Part shown: piece by piece, positions 9,845-18,897 of the stretch
How the letters are laid out: each line of letters starts with the position of its first letter
How positions within the stretch are numbered: the first letter of the stretch is position 1
Source of the DNA: Longimicrobium sp.
Lineage (GTDB): Bacteria > Gemmatimonadota > Gemmatimonadetes > Longimicrobiales > Longimicrobiaceae
DNA length: 40,889 nt
Assembly (NCBI GenBank): GCA_035759295.1
Contig: DASTVC010000747.1
Location: 1 to 40,889, forward strand
Reading direction: 5' to 3'
Translations under genes and position numbers: made by a program
Notes under the pieces: generated by a model
Told to the model about the DNA's origin: nothing
Databases searched by the model: none
What the model saw: only the letters and a program-made list of their open reading frames with translations

Positions 9845-11686
9845 ATGATGATGCAGATGATCCGGTCCAGGGCCGGCAAGATCATCGTTCCCGCCCTGAT
9901 GCTCTTCTTCCTGGGGTGGATGGTCTTTTCGATCGGAATGGACGTGCTGGGCAGCGGCTCGCTGGGCCGCCGCAACAACGTCGGCAGCGTGAACGGCGAG
10001 GCCATCTCCGCGCAGGCGTACAACGATCGCGTGAACGCGCTGTACCAGCAGGCGCAGCAGCAGGGCGAGGTTACCGAAGAGCAGACGCGCCGCATTCAGG
10101 ACGAGGCCTGGGAGCAGATGGTGCAGGAGACGCTGCTGCGCCAGGAGCTGGACCGCCGCGGCATCGGCGTGAGCGACCGCGAGGTGCTGTGGGCCGCCCG
10201 CAACCTGCCGCACCCCGGCTTTGCCCAGCAGGAGATCTTCCTGACCAACGGGCAGTTCGACATCAACAAGTACCGCGAGTTCCTGGCGGGGCCCACGATG
10301 TCGGCCGAGATGTGGGGGCAGCTGGAGCAGTACTACCGCCTGCAGCTGCCGCAAGAAAAGCTCACCCGCCAGCTCACCGCCGGCCGCTACCTGAGCGACG
10401 CCGAGCTGTGGCGCGCCTTTCAGGACCGCACCGAGACGGCCACGGTCGACTACGTGCAGCTGGACCTGACCAAGCTGGTGCCCAAGGATCCCGCGGTGAC
10501 GGACACCGAGGTGCGCCGCTACTACGAGGAGAACCGCGAGCGCTTTCGCCGCACCGAGGGCGCGCGCCTGAAGGTGGCGTACATCCCGCTCACCATCACC
10601 GAGGCCGACCGCCAGGCCACGGTGCAGCGCGCCCGCGAGCTCAAGGCCGAGATCGCCGGCGGCGCCGACTTCGCCGAAGTGGCGGCGGCCAACAGCGCCG
10701 ACGAGAGCAACAAGGACCAGGGGGGCGACCTGGGCACGTTCACCCGCGGGCAGATGGTGCCGGCGTTCGACTCCGTCGCCTTCTCGCTGCCGGTGGGCCA
10801 GGTGTCGGACCCGGTGGTGACGCAGTTCGGCGTGCACTTGGTGCGCGTGGACGAGCGCACCGGCGAGCAGGTCAAGGCGCGCCACATCCTGCTGGAGTTC
10901 GAAAAGAACGTGGCCGACGTGGACCGGCTGGAGAACCAGCTGGTCCGCATTGCCGAGGCGGGGCTCGCGCGCGGCCTCAAGGCGGCCGCCGCGGGGCAGC
11001 CCAACGTCACCTTCCGCGAGGGGGTGGAGCTGAACGCCGCCAACCCGGTGATCCCGGGCGTGGGCCCGGCCATGGCCGCGCTCAACTGGGCGCAGGAAGA
11101 AAGCGCCAACCGCGCCGCCGGCGACGACCCGGTCCGCGTGAGCGAGGTGATGGAGACGGCCGACGCGCTGTACCTGGTGGAGATTGAGAACTACCACCCG
11201 GCCGGCATCACCCCGCTGGCCGAGGCCACGCCGGCCATCCGCCAGCAGCTGGTGTACGAAAAGCGCCGCGACGCGGGCCGCGCCGAGGCGGAGAAGATGC
11301 TGGGCGAGATCCGCGCCGGGCGCACGCTGGAGCAGGTGGCGCAGGCGCGCGGCCTGACGGTGCAGCGCACGGGCCCGTTCACCCGCGTTGCGGAGAACCC
11401 CGTGCTGGGGCAGGCCAACGCGGCCGTGGGCGCGGCGTTCGGCGCCCCGGTGGGCCAGGTGGGCCCGGTGGCGGTAACGCCCGCCGGCGTGTTCCTGATC
11501 CGCCCCGTGGCGCGCACGGCCGCCGACCGCCGCGAGTTCGAGCGGCAGAAGGCCACCCAGCGCGAGCAGGCCATGCGCTCCATGCAGCAGGACCTGCTGG
11601 GCCAGTGGATGAACAACATCCGCAAGAACGCGGAGATCAAGGACGAGCGCGCCGAGTTCGCCGCCCGCGCCGCCCGCCAGAGCTGA
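9845..11686 (+). CDS. PpiD/SurA-like membrane-anchored parvulin peptidyl-prolyl isomerase
   Basis: N-terminal TM, SurA_N-like region (GSVNGEAIS), rotamase motifs GGDLG, MVPAFD, VVTQFGVHLVRV, ARHIL. Confidence 0.9.
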   Translation: MMMQMIRSRAGKIIVPALMLFFLGWMVFSIGMDVLGSGSLGRRNNVGSVNGEAISAQAYNDRVNALYQQAQQQGEVTEEQTRRIQDEAWEQMVQETLLRQELDRRGIGVSDREVLWAARNLPHPGFAQQEIFLTNGQFDINKYREFLAGPTMSAEMWGQLEQYYRLQLPQEKLTRQLTAGRYLSDAELWRAFQDRTETATVDYVQLDLTKLVPKDPAVTDTEVRRYYEENRERFRRTEGARLKVAYIPLTITEADRQATVQRARELKAEIAGGADFAEVAAANSADESNKDQGGDLGTFTRGQMVPAFDSVAFSLPVGQVSDPVVTQFGVHLVRVDERTGEQVKARHILLEFEKNVADVDRLENQLVRIAEAGLARGLKAAAAGQPNVTFREGVELNAANPVIPGVGPAMAALNWAQEESANRAAGDDPVRVSEVMETADALYLVEIENYHPAGITPLAEATPAIRQQLVYEKRRDAGRAEAEKMLGEIRAGRTLEQVAQARGLTVQRTGPFTRVAENPVLGQANAAVGAAFGAPVGQVGPVAVTPAGVFLIRPVARTAADRREFERQKATQREQAMRSMQQDLLGQWMNNIRKNAEIKDERAEFAARAARQS

Positions 11687-11708
11687 TCCTTCCCGATCCG
11701 GCCTGACG

Positions 11709-11751
11709 GCTCGAAGCCCCGCTTCCTTTCCCGGGAGGCGGGGCTTCGAGC
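11709..11751 (+). terminator. Hairpin or probable terminator after the foldase gene
   Basis: GCTCGAAGCCCCGC..GCGGGGCTTCGAGC stem 23 bp after the stop. No clear T-run. Confidence 0.55.
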
Positions 11752-11870
11752 ATCCGGCATCCACTCAAAGAGCGGGTCTCACACGGAGGGCACGGAGGAC
11801 ACGGGGAGGACCAGACATTCCCGTGACCTCTGAGGACGTTCCACTGTTCTGATGATGAGTCCCGCGAATC

Positions 11871-12091
11871 TGTCATTCTGAAGGAGGCGCCGCGCAAGCC
11901 TCTTGTTCTCGCTGCAAAGCCTGGCGCCGACTGAAGAATCTTTAGCTGGGCGGCAGAGTCTTTCCGCCGGAAGCGGTTCCCGGGCGTTGCCCGGGCACGG
12001 GTTCAGCGCGAGGGGACGGAGATTCTTCGGTCGCGCTGCGCAGTCCGGCGCGACGCCGCGGCTTCGAGGCGAGCGCTTCCTCAGAATGACA
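11871..12091. repeat. REP/MITE-like element, family B, as an inverted pair
   Basis: Left arm TGTCATTCTGA..GACTGAAGAATCT (11871-11941) and right arm AGATTCTTCGGTC..TCAGAATGACA (12020-12091). Confidence 0.85.
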
Positions 12092-12144
12092 GGTGTTTCC
12101 CCGGCTTGGGGGATGGCCTCTCTTGTTTCCTGCGGGATGCGCGA

Positions 12145-12184
12145 CGAAAGCCCTCTTCCACGCGGCGGTGGAAGAGGGCTTTCG
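12145..12184 (-). terminator. Intrinsic terminator after the DUF4321 gene
   Basis: CGAAAGCCCTCTTCCAC-loop-GTGGAAGAGGGCTTTCG perfect stem. Confidence 0.75.
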
Positions 12185-12209
12185 TTCGATGTGGATCAGG
12201 GCGCGGCGG

Positions 12210-12485
12210 CTACAGCCAGGTGCGCACGGCAAGGGCGACGACGAGAACGCCAAGGACGCTCAGGAAGTCCAGCCGCAGCACCAGCGGGCCAAGGGTAAAG
12301 CCCACCGCCACCAGGTCGATCACCAGCGGCCCGAAGGCCGCCGCGACGGACGTGGTAAAGAAGGTCCGCGCCGTGCTGTCGGGCATGAACCGCATCGCCA
12401 GCTCCGAAAGCAGCGCTCCAAGCAGCAGCCCGATCAGCACCACCACCAGCATCCGGCCCGCGCGCCGGCGTCCGCCTACGCTCAT
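12210..12485 (-). CDS. Small membrane protein, DUF4321-like
   Basis: 91 aa with hydrophobic helices and a GPLVIDLVAVGFTLGPLVLRLDFLSVLG pattern. RBS GAGGTG. Confidence 0.75.
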   Translation of the reverse strand: MSVGGRRRAGRMLVVVLIGLLLGALLSELAMRFMPDSTARTFFTTSVAAAFGPLVIDLVAVGFTLGPLVLRLDFLSVLGVLVVALAVRTWL

Positions 12486-12570
12486 CTCACCTCCCCAACC
12501 CGTTCATCTGGTGGTCGTGCGGCGTTTGCCCAGCCCGCAGGCAAGACGAGTGCCGCCCGCCCGCGAACCC

Positions 12571-13560
12571 TCAGCGCTGACGCTCTACCGCGTACACGAT
12601 GCCGTCGCGCAGGGCGTCCAGCGCGGGGCCGTGGGGCAGCCCCTCAAGCGCGTCGGCGGCGCGGCCGGCGCACTCCAGCGCCGCCTCGCGCGCAAACTCC
12701 AGCCCGGCCCGCCCCCGCACCACCTCCACCACCCCGGCGATGGACTCGTCGTCCGGCTCCGGATCGGCGAAGAGCGCGTTCACCTTGGCCCGCTCGGCGC
12801 GGGACAGGTTCGGGAGGACGGCGATGAGCGGCAGGGTGACCTTGTGCTCGCGCAGGTCCAGCCCGGTCGGCTTGCCGGTGACGGCGCTGTCGGCCGTGTA
12901 GTCCAGCAGGTCGTCGGCGATCTGGAACGCCAGCCCCAGCTCCCGCCCGAAGGTCTTCAGCTGCGCGCGGAAGCGCGGCGCGCCGGTGATGGCGCCCAGC
13001 TCGCACGCGGCGGCCATGAGCGACGCCGTCTTGGCGTCGATCAGGCGGTAGTAGTCGGCCTCGGAAAAGTGCAGCGCGTCGTGCGACGACAGCTGGCGCA
13101 TCTCGCCCACCGTCATGTCGTTGGCCGCGTTGGCCAGCACCTGGATGGGCTCGATGCGGCCCAGCCGGGTGATCTCCATCAGCGAGCGCGTATACAGGTA
13201 GTCGCCCATGATGATGGCGACCTGGTGGCTCCACAGCGCGTTCACCGTGGGCATTCCCCGGCGAAGCACCGAGTGGTCCACCGCGTCGTCGTGCACCAGG
13301 GTGGCCAGGTGCACCAGCTCCACGATGGCGGCCAGCGTCTCCGCCTGCGGGCTTGGGCGCCCCTCCAGCTCGTCGCACAGCAGGACGAGACCCGGGCGGA
13401 ACAGCTTGCCCCGGATCTTCATCAGGTACTCGTTCACCGTCTCCACCGGCGCAAAGTCGGAGACCACGATGCGCCGGATCTCGTCCACGACGTTGTCCAG
13501 GCGCTCCCGGATGGGGGCCTGGATGTCGGCGAGATGGGGAACGGCGGTGCGGACGCTCAT
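12571..13560 (-). CDS. Long-chain polyprenyl diphosphate synthase (IspB/HepT-like)
   Basis: GKLFRP, first motif LVHDDAVD..RRG, second motif FQIADDLLD, GKPTGLDLREHKVTLP. Confidence 0.93.
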   Translation of the reverse strand: MSVRTAVPHLADIQAPIRERLDNVVDEIRRIVVSDFAPVETVNEYLMKIRGKLFRPGLVLLCDELEGRPSPQAETLAAIVELVHLATLVHDDAVDHSVLRRGMPTVNALWSHQVAIIMGDYLYTRSLMEITRLGRIEPIQVLANAANDMTVGEMRQLSSHDALHFSEADYYRLIDAKTASLMAAACELGAITGAPRFRAQLKTFGRELGLAFQIADDLLDYTADSAVTGKPTGLDLREHKVTLPLIAVLPNLSRAERAKVNALFADPEPDDESIAGVVEVVRGRAGLEFAREAALECAGRAADALEGLPHGPALDALRDGIVYAVERQR

Positions 13561-13632
13561 GCGCTGGGGCTCAGGTGCCGGGCTGTGGGTCAGGTCGCGG
13601 GATTCTATGGAGGCGGACGGCGGATGTCAAAG

Positions 13633-13724
13633 CGGGTGAACGGGTGAACGGGTGAACGGGTGAACGGGTGAACGGGTGAACGGGTGAACGGGTGAACGGG
13701 TGAACGGGTGAACGGGTGAACGGG
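13633..13724. repeat. Octamer tandem array (CGGGTGAA)x11 plus CGGG
   Basis: Eleven perfect units counted. The array ends 6 bp from the stop of the four-helix-bundle gene. Confidence 0.98.
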
Positions 13725-13730
13725 GGCGGG

Positions 13731-14114
13731 CTACCGGCGGGCGGTCCACGCGTCGGGATGATTGATCATCCCGACGAGCGTGGCAAGGATGCCGTCATAG
13801 CCGCGGTACAGCGTTCCTCCAGTGTCTCGACCAAGATAGCCGCAGCGCACCGCGAACTGAATCCACACCTGCGTTTCGGCCGCCTCGGCTTCGGCATCCG
13901 AAAGCTTGCTGATGAACGAAGCACGGTAGCGGCGCTTGCGCCATGCCTCCGCCAGATTTGCGCACACCGAGCGTGAGGAGCGGCGGATTTGGTCCGTCAG
14001 CGAATAGACCTCGTGCTTCGGAAATCCTTCACTCACGTGGAAGATCTCCATCGCCGCGTCGAACGCCCTGCGATACACCTCCAGATCTCCATGCACCCTC
14101 ACCTTCTGCGGCAC
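13731..14114 (-). CDS. Four helix bundle protein (23S rRNA intervening-sequence protein / Avd-like family)
   Basis: DLEVYRRA, FPKHEVYSLTDQIRRSSRSVCANLAEAW, FISKLSDAEAEAAETQVWI..A..CGY. RBS GGAGG before the GTG start. Confidence 0.92.
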   Translation of the reverse strand: MPQKVRVHGDLEVYRRAFDAAMEIFHVSEGFPKHEVYSLTDQIRRSSRSVCANLAEAWRKRRYRASFISKLSDAEAEAAETQVWIQFAVRCGYLGRDTGGTLYRGYDGILATLVGMINHPDAWTARR

Positions 14115-14142
14115 CCCACACCTCCCCTCCCCCGTGCATGTT

Positions 14143-14185
14143 CCCGTTCACCCGTTCACCCGTTCACCCGTTCACCCGTTCACCG
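14143..14185. repeat. Octamer tandem array (CCCGTTCA)x5, reverse complement of 13633-13724
   Basis: Five perfect units at 14143-14182. The unit nearest the TPR gene contains its TGA stop (14180-14182). Confidence 0.97.
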
Positions 14186-16333
14186 CCTCGCCTTCCGCAG
14201 GCGCTCGATGCGCTGGGCGGTGTCGCGGAAGCGGATGTCGACGGAGACCACGCGCTCGTACAGCTCCACGGCACCCTCGGGGTGGTCCGTGCCCTCTTCC
14301 ACTCTGCCCAGGAGATAGAGGACGCCGATGACGTCGCCGTCGGCCACGCCGGGGAGCTTGAGGGCGCGGTCCAGCACGCGGCCGGCGACGGCGTACTGGC
14401 CCTTGTCCACGAAGCACTGGCCCAGCAGCTCCAGCGTGGCCAGGGGATTCGCGCCGCCGCGCAGCGCGACCTGGAACTCGGCGATGGCCTCGTCCACCAG
14501 CCCCAACTCCATGAAGGCCACGCCCAGGTCGTAGTGGCTGGCGCTGTCCTCCACGTCGATGTTCTCGGCCACCTTCTGGCGAAAGTGGGTGAGCATCTCG
14601 GCGAAGTCCTTGTCCTCGTCGCCGCTGGGCTCCTTTTCCTCCACCACGAAGCGCGTGCTGGGCTCGCCCTCGCCGCGCTCGTCGTCCATGATCAGCGCGC
14701 CCAGGTCCACGTAGTCGCCCGGGGGAGGCGGCGGGGGCGCGGGGGCGGCGGGCGGCGCGGCCTCGGCCTGCGGCGCGGGGGCGCGGACGAAGTGGGCCAC
14801 CTGCGCGGCGGCGGCGCGGCCCTCCACGTTGTGCGGGTCCAGCTCCAGCACGCGCTTGAAGACGGCGGCGGCCTTTTCCTCCTGCCCGTGCCGCGCCAGG
14901 TGTCGGCCCAGGTCGAGGTAGGCCTCCACCTGCGCCTCGGCCCGCCCGCTGCGGAAGGCGTATTCCACCCGCTTCTGCAGCAGGATCCCGTCGTCCGGAC
15001 GCAGGCCGATGAGCGCGGTCATGGGCGCCACGGCCTCGAAGTACATTCCGCGCGCGGCCAGGGCCCGGTGGGCGGCCTCGAGCACGTCGGGCACCTCGTG
15101 GCCCAGGCCGCGGCTGCGGAGCTCGCGGACCAGCTCTTCGCGCGACGCCTCGTCCTCGGGGACGGCGGCCACGTGGGCGCGCAGCTGGTCCAGGTTGTCC
15201 TGCTGCGCCTCGAACACCGGCTCCGGCCCGCGGCGGCGCCCCGGCGTGCCCCGCGGCTGCCGCTTGACCGGCTCCTCGTCGAAGCCGATGAGCGGCAGGT
15301 CGCCGCCGCCGCCGTCCGAAGAATCGTCTTCGTCGATCAGCAGCGGCAGGTCGCCGAACCCACCGTCGTCATCCTCGTCCAGCAGCGGCAGGTCGTCGGC
15401 GAACTGCCCGCCGTCGTCGTCATCCACCGCCTCGTCGCCAAAGAGGACGGGGAGGTCGGCGGGGCCCTCGTCCACCGCGCCCAGGCTGGTGGGCTCCAGC
15501 CCCAGGTCCGCGCCCGCGGCGGGCGCCTTGCGGGGCGGGGCGGGTGGATCGTCGACCAGGGAGGTGGATTCCAGCCCGGCGAGGGGGGCAACGCCGTCGT
15601 CCAGCGACGTGGGCTCCAGCCCCGCCACCTCGGAGAGGGCGGCGCCGGAGGAAAAGTCGCCGTCGTGCAGCGCGGCGCTGAAATCGTCGCTGGCGGCGCT
15701 GCGGCTGCGCATGAGCGGCGTGTCGTCCGCGCCGGGCGCCACGGCGCGGATCTGCTCGCGGATGGCCTCGGCGGCGGCGGGGTCGCCGTGCTGGATGTGC
15801 GCGCCCATCAGCACGCGCAGCTGCTCCACCGCCTGGTCCTTGCGGCCGTTGGCCAGCAGCTGGTCGGCCAGCAGCTTGCGGACCTCGGTGTCTTCCGGCG
15901 AAAGGTCGGCGAACTCCTTGAGCGCGTCGAAGCTGGCGTCCAGGTTGCCGGCGCGCTTCATCCGCTGCGCGTACTCCAGAAAGTTCTGGCGCGCGTCGGC
16001 CAGGAACCCCGCGGCGGCGCTGATCTGGCCCAGCTTGAGGTACACGGCCCCGCGCCCCGGCACCAGCCGCAGGATCTTGCGGCACAGCGCGATGGCGTTG
16101 TTGAACAGCCCGCTCTCGGCGTAGCTGGCCACGGCGCGCTCGTACGCCTCTACCGCGCGCTCCGTCTCGCCGATGCGCAGGTGCAGGTCGCCCACGCGGT
16201 TCCACAGGGCGATGTCCACCTCTTCGCCCGGAGAATCTTCCAGGAGCTGGCGGTACAGGATGACGGCCTCGGTCCACTGGCCGCGGTTTTCCGCGGCGCG
16301 GGCCTGGTCTTTCAGCTTGGCTGGGCTTGCCAT
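14180..16333 (-). CDS. Multi-TPR protein with an acidic linker (FimV/SgmX-like architecture)
   Basis: N-terminal TPR array, D-rich linker, C-terminal HYDLGVAFMELGLVDEAIAEFQ TPR block. Start MASPAK at 16333 is my choice. Confidence 0.8.
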   Translation of the reverse strand: MASPAKLKDQARAAENRGQWTEAVILYRQLLEDSPGEEVDIALWNRVGDLHLRIGETERAVEAYERAVASYAESGLFNNAIALCRKILRLVPGRGAVYLKLGQISAAAGFLADARQNFLEYAQRMKRAGNLDASFDALKEFADLSPEDTEVRKLLADQLLANGRKDQAVEQLRVLMGAHIQHGDPAAAEAIREQIRAVAPGADDTPLMRSRSAASDDFSAALHDGDFSSGAALSEVAGLEPTSLDDGVAPLAGLESTSLVDDPPAPPRKAPAAGADLGLEPTSLGAVDEGPADLPVLFGDEAVDDDDGGQFADDLPLLDEDDDGGFGDLPLLIDEDDSSDGGGGDLPLIGFDEEPVKRQPRGTPGRRRGPEPVFEAQQDNLDQLRAHVAAVPEDEASREELVRELRSRGLGHEVPDVLEAAHRALAARGMYFEAVAPMTALIGLRPDDGILLQKRVEYAFRSGRAEAQVEAYLDLGRHLARHGQEEKAAAVFKRVLELDPHNVEGRAAAAQVAHFVRAPAPQAEAAPPAAPAPPPPPPGDYVDLGALIMDDERGEGEPSTRFVVEEKEPSGDEDKDFAEMLTHFRQKVAENIDVEDSASHYDLGVAFMELGLVDEAIAEFQVALRGGANPLATLELLGQCFVDKGQYAVAGRVLDRALKLPGVADGDVIGVLYLLGRVEEGTDHPEGAVELYERVVSVDIRFRDTAQRIERLRKARR

Positions 16334-16657
16334 GGAACGGGCACGGGGACAAACGGCCGAGCCCGGTGAAGGCGGCGCTCGGGCACGGTATGGCGCAATG
16401 GGGGAAAAGATAGCGAATGCCCTAAGTGCGTACAAGGAACGGGGGTGCGCGGGATGCGGTGCGCGCCCCTGTCACCAAGTGCGCGGACGGATGCGGAAGT
16501 CGCGGCGGCGTGCACGGGGGATGCCGTAAGGGGCGTGGAGGCTTGGAGATGCGCGTGTAGCAGAGGGTGGCGATGGGCGTGATTCTGCGCCGTGGGCTGT
16601 GGATCAGGCGTAGGTGGAACGAGGCGCTTCGAAGGGCATCGCCGCGGGGGCGGGGTG

Positions 16658-16868
16658 CCCCTCCCCCGGCCCCTCCCCGTTCGTTCCTCACGGAGAGGGG
16701 AGAATTCGATCGCGCTTCGGCTGGCTTCCGCGCGAGGGCGCCCCCTTACTCGCCCAGGCTCGTACCTCCCCCAAAAAACCCTGGGGGAGGTGGACTTCGA
16801 TCCCGCTTCGGAAAGGTGCGTCGCACCTCCCTCCCCCACGCAGTTTGTGGGGGAGGACCGGGGAGGGG
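16658..16868. repeat. Cluster of family-D REP-like hairpins
   Basis: CCCTCCCCCGGCCCCTCCCCG..CGGAGAGGGG, ACCTCCCCCA..TGGGGGAGGT and CCTCCCCCAC-GCAGTTT-GTGGGGGAGG..GGGGAGGGG. Confidence 0.7.
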
Positions 16869-16901
16869 GGCGGCCCACCATCCCGCACCCATCCTTCTCC
16901 A

Positions 16902-16957
16902 TCACCCCGTCACCTTGTCACCTTGTCACCCGTTCACCCCGTCACCCGTTCACCTTG
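16902..16957. repeat. Degenerate octamer array (TCACCNNN)x7
   Basis: tcaccccg tcaccttg tcaccttg tcacccgt tcaccccg tcacccgt tcaccttg. Related to the CCCGTTCA unit. Confidence 0.85.
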
Positions 16958-17071
16958 AATCTTCTCCCCCCGCCGAACCGTTCAACAACGCGCGGGTACA
17001 GGAGCCCGCACGGACGGCAGGCGCGGAGCGGAAGCCCGCGCCTGCCCGTTTCTTTCGCTCCGCCCATACGC

Positions 17072-18592
17072 ATGCGCACCTTCTTTCTGCTCTTCCGGCT
17101 GCTGCCGTTCGCGCTCTCGTTCGCGCGCGACCGGCGGCGCCTGCTGTTCTGGGGGCCGCCCGCGCGCCGCAGCGAGGCGTTCCACCGCGCCCGGGCGGAG
17201 CGTCTGGCGCGCGCGATTCCCACGCTGGGGCCCACCTTCGTCAAGATCGGCCAGGTGTTCTCCGCCCGGCCCGACGTGGTGCCGGAGCCCTACCTCTCCT
17301 CGCTCAGCACGCTGACGGACCAGGTGCCGGTGGTGCCGTTCGCCCGCATCGAGCACGAGCTGGTGGCGGCGTACGGCGCGCCGGTGGACCAGGTGTTCGA
17401 CGCGTTCGATCGCGAGCCGCTGGCGGCGGGGAGCCTGGGGCAGGTGTACCGCGCCCGCTACCGCGGCGAAGACGTGGTGGTAAAGGTGCTGCGCCCCGGC
17501 GTGGAGCCCATCGTGGAGCACGACGTGGCGTTCGTGCGCATGGTGCTGCGCTTCGTGGAGCGGTGGTGGAGCCATCCGCAGCTGCGCGGCCTGCACGTGG
17601 TGATCGACGAGTTCGAGCGCCGCATCGCCGACGAGATGGACTTTCGCAAGGAGGCGGCGTACTGCCGCTCCATCGGGCAGAAGTTCGCCGCCAACCCGCG
17701 CGTCATCGTCCCCCGCGTGATCGACGGGATGGTGCACCGCCGCACGCTGGTGCTGGAGTTCGTGGAGGGGACGCGGGTGGACCGCATCGACCCGCTGGTC
17801 CAGCTCGGCGTGGTGGACCCGGAGCGGGTGGTGGACGCGGTGGTGGAGGCCTACATCCAGATGATGCTGGTGGACGGCCTGTTCCACGCCGACCCGCACC
17901 CCGGCAACCTGCTGGTGCGGGCGGACGGCGCGCTGGTGCTGCTGGATTTCGGGATGGTGATCGAGGTGGATCCCGGAATGCGCCACCACCTGGTGCACAC
18001 GGCGCTGGCGGCGGTGCGCGGCGACACCGACAAGGTGGTGGACGGGTTCTTCAACCTGGGGATCGTGGCGCCGGAGACGGATCGCGAGACCATCCGCCGG
18101 CTGGTGGGCATCATCATGGAGCTCACGGAGCGCGGCGCGGAGCTGGGTGAGATGCAGGCGGCGCTGGCGGACGAGGTGATGCACCTGCTGTACGACTGGC
18201 CGGTGGTGCTCACGGGGGAGATGACGTACTTCGGCCGCGCGGTAGCGCTCATCGAGGGGCTGGGGGCGCACCACGTGCCCAACTTCAATCCCGTGACGTA
18301 CGTGCGCCCGCTGCTGCTGAAGCACCGCATGGCCGTGCTGCGCGCGCTGGGCCCCACCGACAGCGAGACGGCGGACCTGGCGTACGCGCTGGGCCTGCTC
18401 TCGCGCGACGTGATGCGCGTGGTGGGCAACGCCGGCCGCGAGCTTCTCGGCGTGCTGGCGACGCGCATCCCTTCGGTGTTCAACGCGTTCAGTCGGCCCG
18501 CCCCGGCGGCCTCGGTCGAGGCGCCGGCTGCGCTACCGGTGATCGAGGCCGCGCAGCCGGTCGCCGCGCTGCCGGCGGGGGCGATCGAGTAA
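17072..18592 (+). CDS. ABC1/UbiB (AarF) family atypical kinase
   Basis: LGPTFVKIGQ, PLAAGSLGQVYRA, VVVKVLRPG, FHADPHPGN, LLDFGM. Confidence 0.92.
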   Translation: MRTFFLLFRLLPFALSFARDRRRLLFWGPPARRSEAFHRARAERLARAIPTLGPTFVKIGQVFSARPDVVPEPYLSSLSTLTDQVPVVPFARIEHELVAAYGAPVDQVFDAFDREPLAAGSLGQVYRARYRGEDVVVKVLRPGVEPIVEHDVAFVRMVLRFVERWWSHPQLRGLHVVIDEFERRIADEMDFRKEAAYCRSIGQKFAANPRVIVPRVIDGMVHRRTLVLEFVEGTRVDRIDPLVQLGVVDPERVVDAVVEAYIQMMLVDGLFHADPHPGNLLVRADGALVLLDFGMVIEVDPGMRHHLVHTALAAVRGDTDKVVDGFFNLGIVAPETDRETIRRLVGIIMELTERGAELGEMQAALADEVMHLLYDWPVVLTGEMTYFGRAVALIEGLGAHHVPNFNPVTYVRPLLLKHRMAVLRALGPTDSETADLAYALGLLSRDVMRVVGNAGRELLGVLATRIPSVFNAFSRPAPAASVEAPAALPVIEAAQPVAALPAGAIE

Positions 18593-18615
18593 GTCTCGGT
18601 GGGATGGCGGATGTC

Positions 18616-18699
18616 GCAACGGGCTAAAGCCCGCGGTTAGAAGGGCCATAAGCCCCGTCTCGGCTCGTTACACTCGCCGGACGGGGCTTCACCTTCTCG
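18616..18699. repeat. REP-like palindrome, family A, copy 3 (inverted)
   Basis: Reverse-complement match to 82-165 (ATAAGCCCCGTCTCGGCTCGTTACACTCGCCGGACGGGGCTTCACCTTCTCG). Confidence 0.9.
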
Positions 18700-18732
18700 C
18701 GTCCGCCGAGCCCCCGCCACCCCGAGCAAGAG

Positions 18733-18800
18733 TGTCATTTCGAGGGAGCGCCGCGCGGAACCATCTCTCACCCGAAACTCAGGGCGCGACCGAGAAATCT
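18733..18800. repeat. Family-B REP arm (single)
   Basis: TGTCATTTCGAGGGAGCGCC..GGCGCGACCGAGAAATCT, matching 11871-11941. Confidence 0.75.
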
Positions 18801-18847
18801 AGCGTCGGAATTCTCGTGGCTTTTCGGCGATCCGTGGGCCGTCCGTC

Positions 18848-18897
18848 ACAATCCGCGAAGGCGGATTTTGCAATTTTCCCGCGGCGAGTTCACTCGC
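18848..18897. repeat. REP-like palindrome, family C (TCCGCGAAGGCGGA..CGARTTCAYTCGC)
   Basis: Matches 29317-29367. Contains the stop of the phosphotransferase gene. Confidence 0.75.

Noticed and set aside
13731-14114. 23S rRNA gene around the IVS-family protein
   Set aside because: The flanks are protein-coding genes and no rRNA sequence is present.
13633-14185. CRISPR array or diversity-generating retroelement
   Set aside because: The repeats are contiguous 8-mers with no spacers and no cas genes. Despite the Avd-like fold there is no reverse transcriptase or TR/VR pair in the window.
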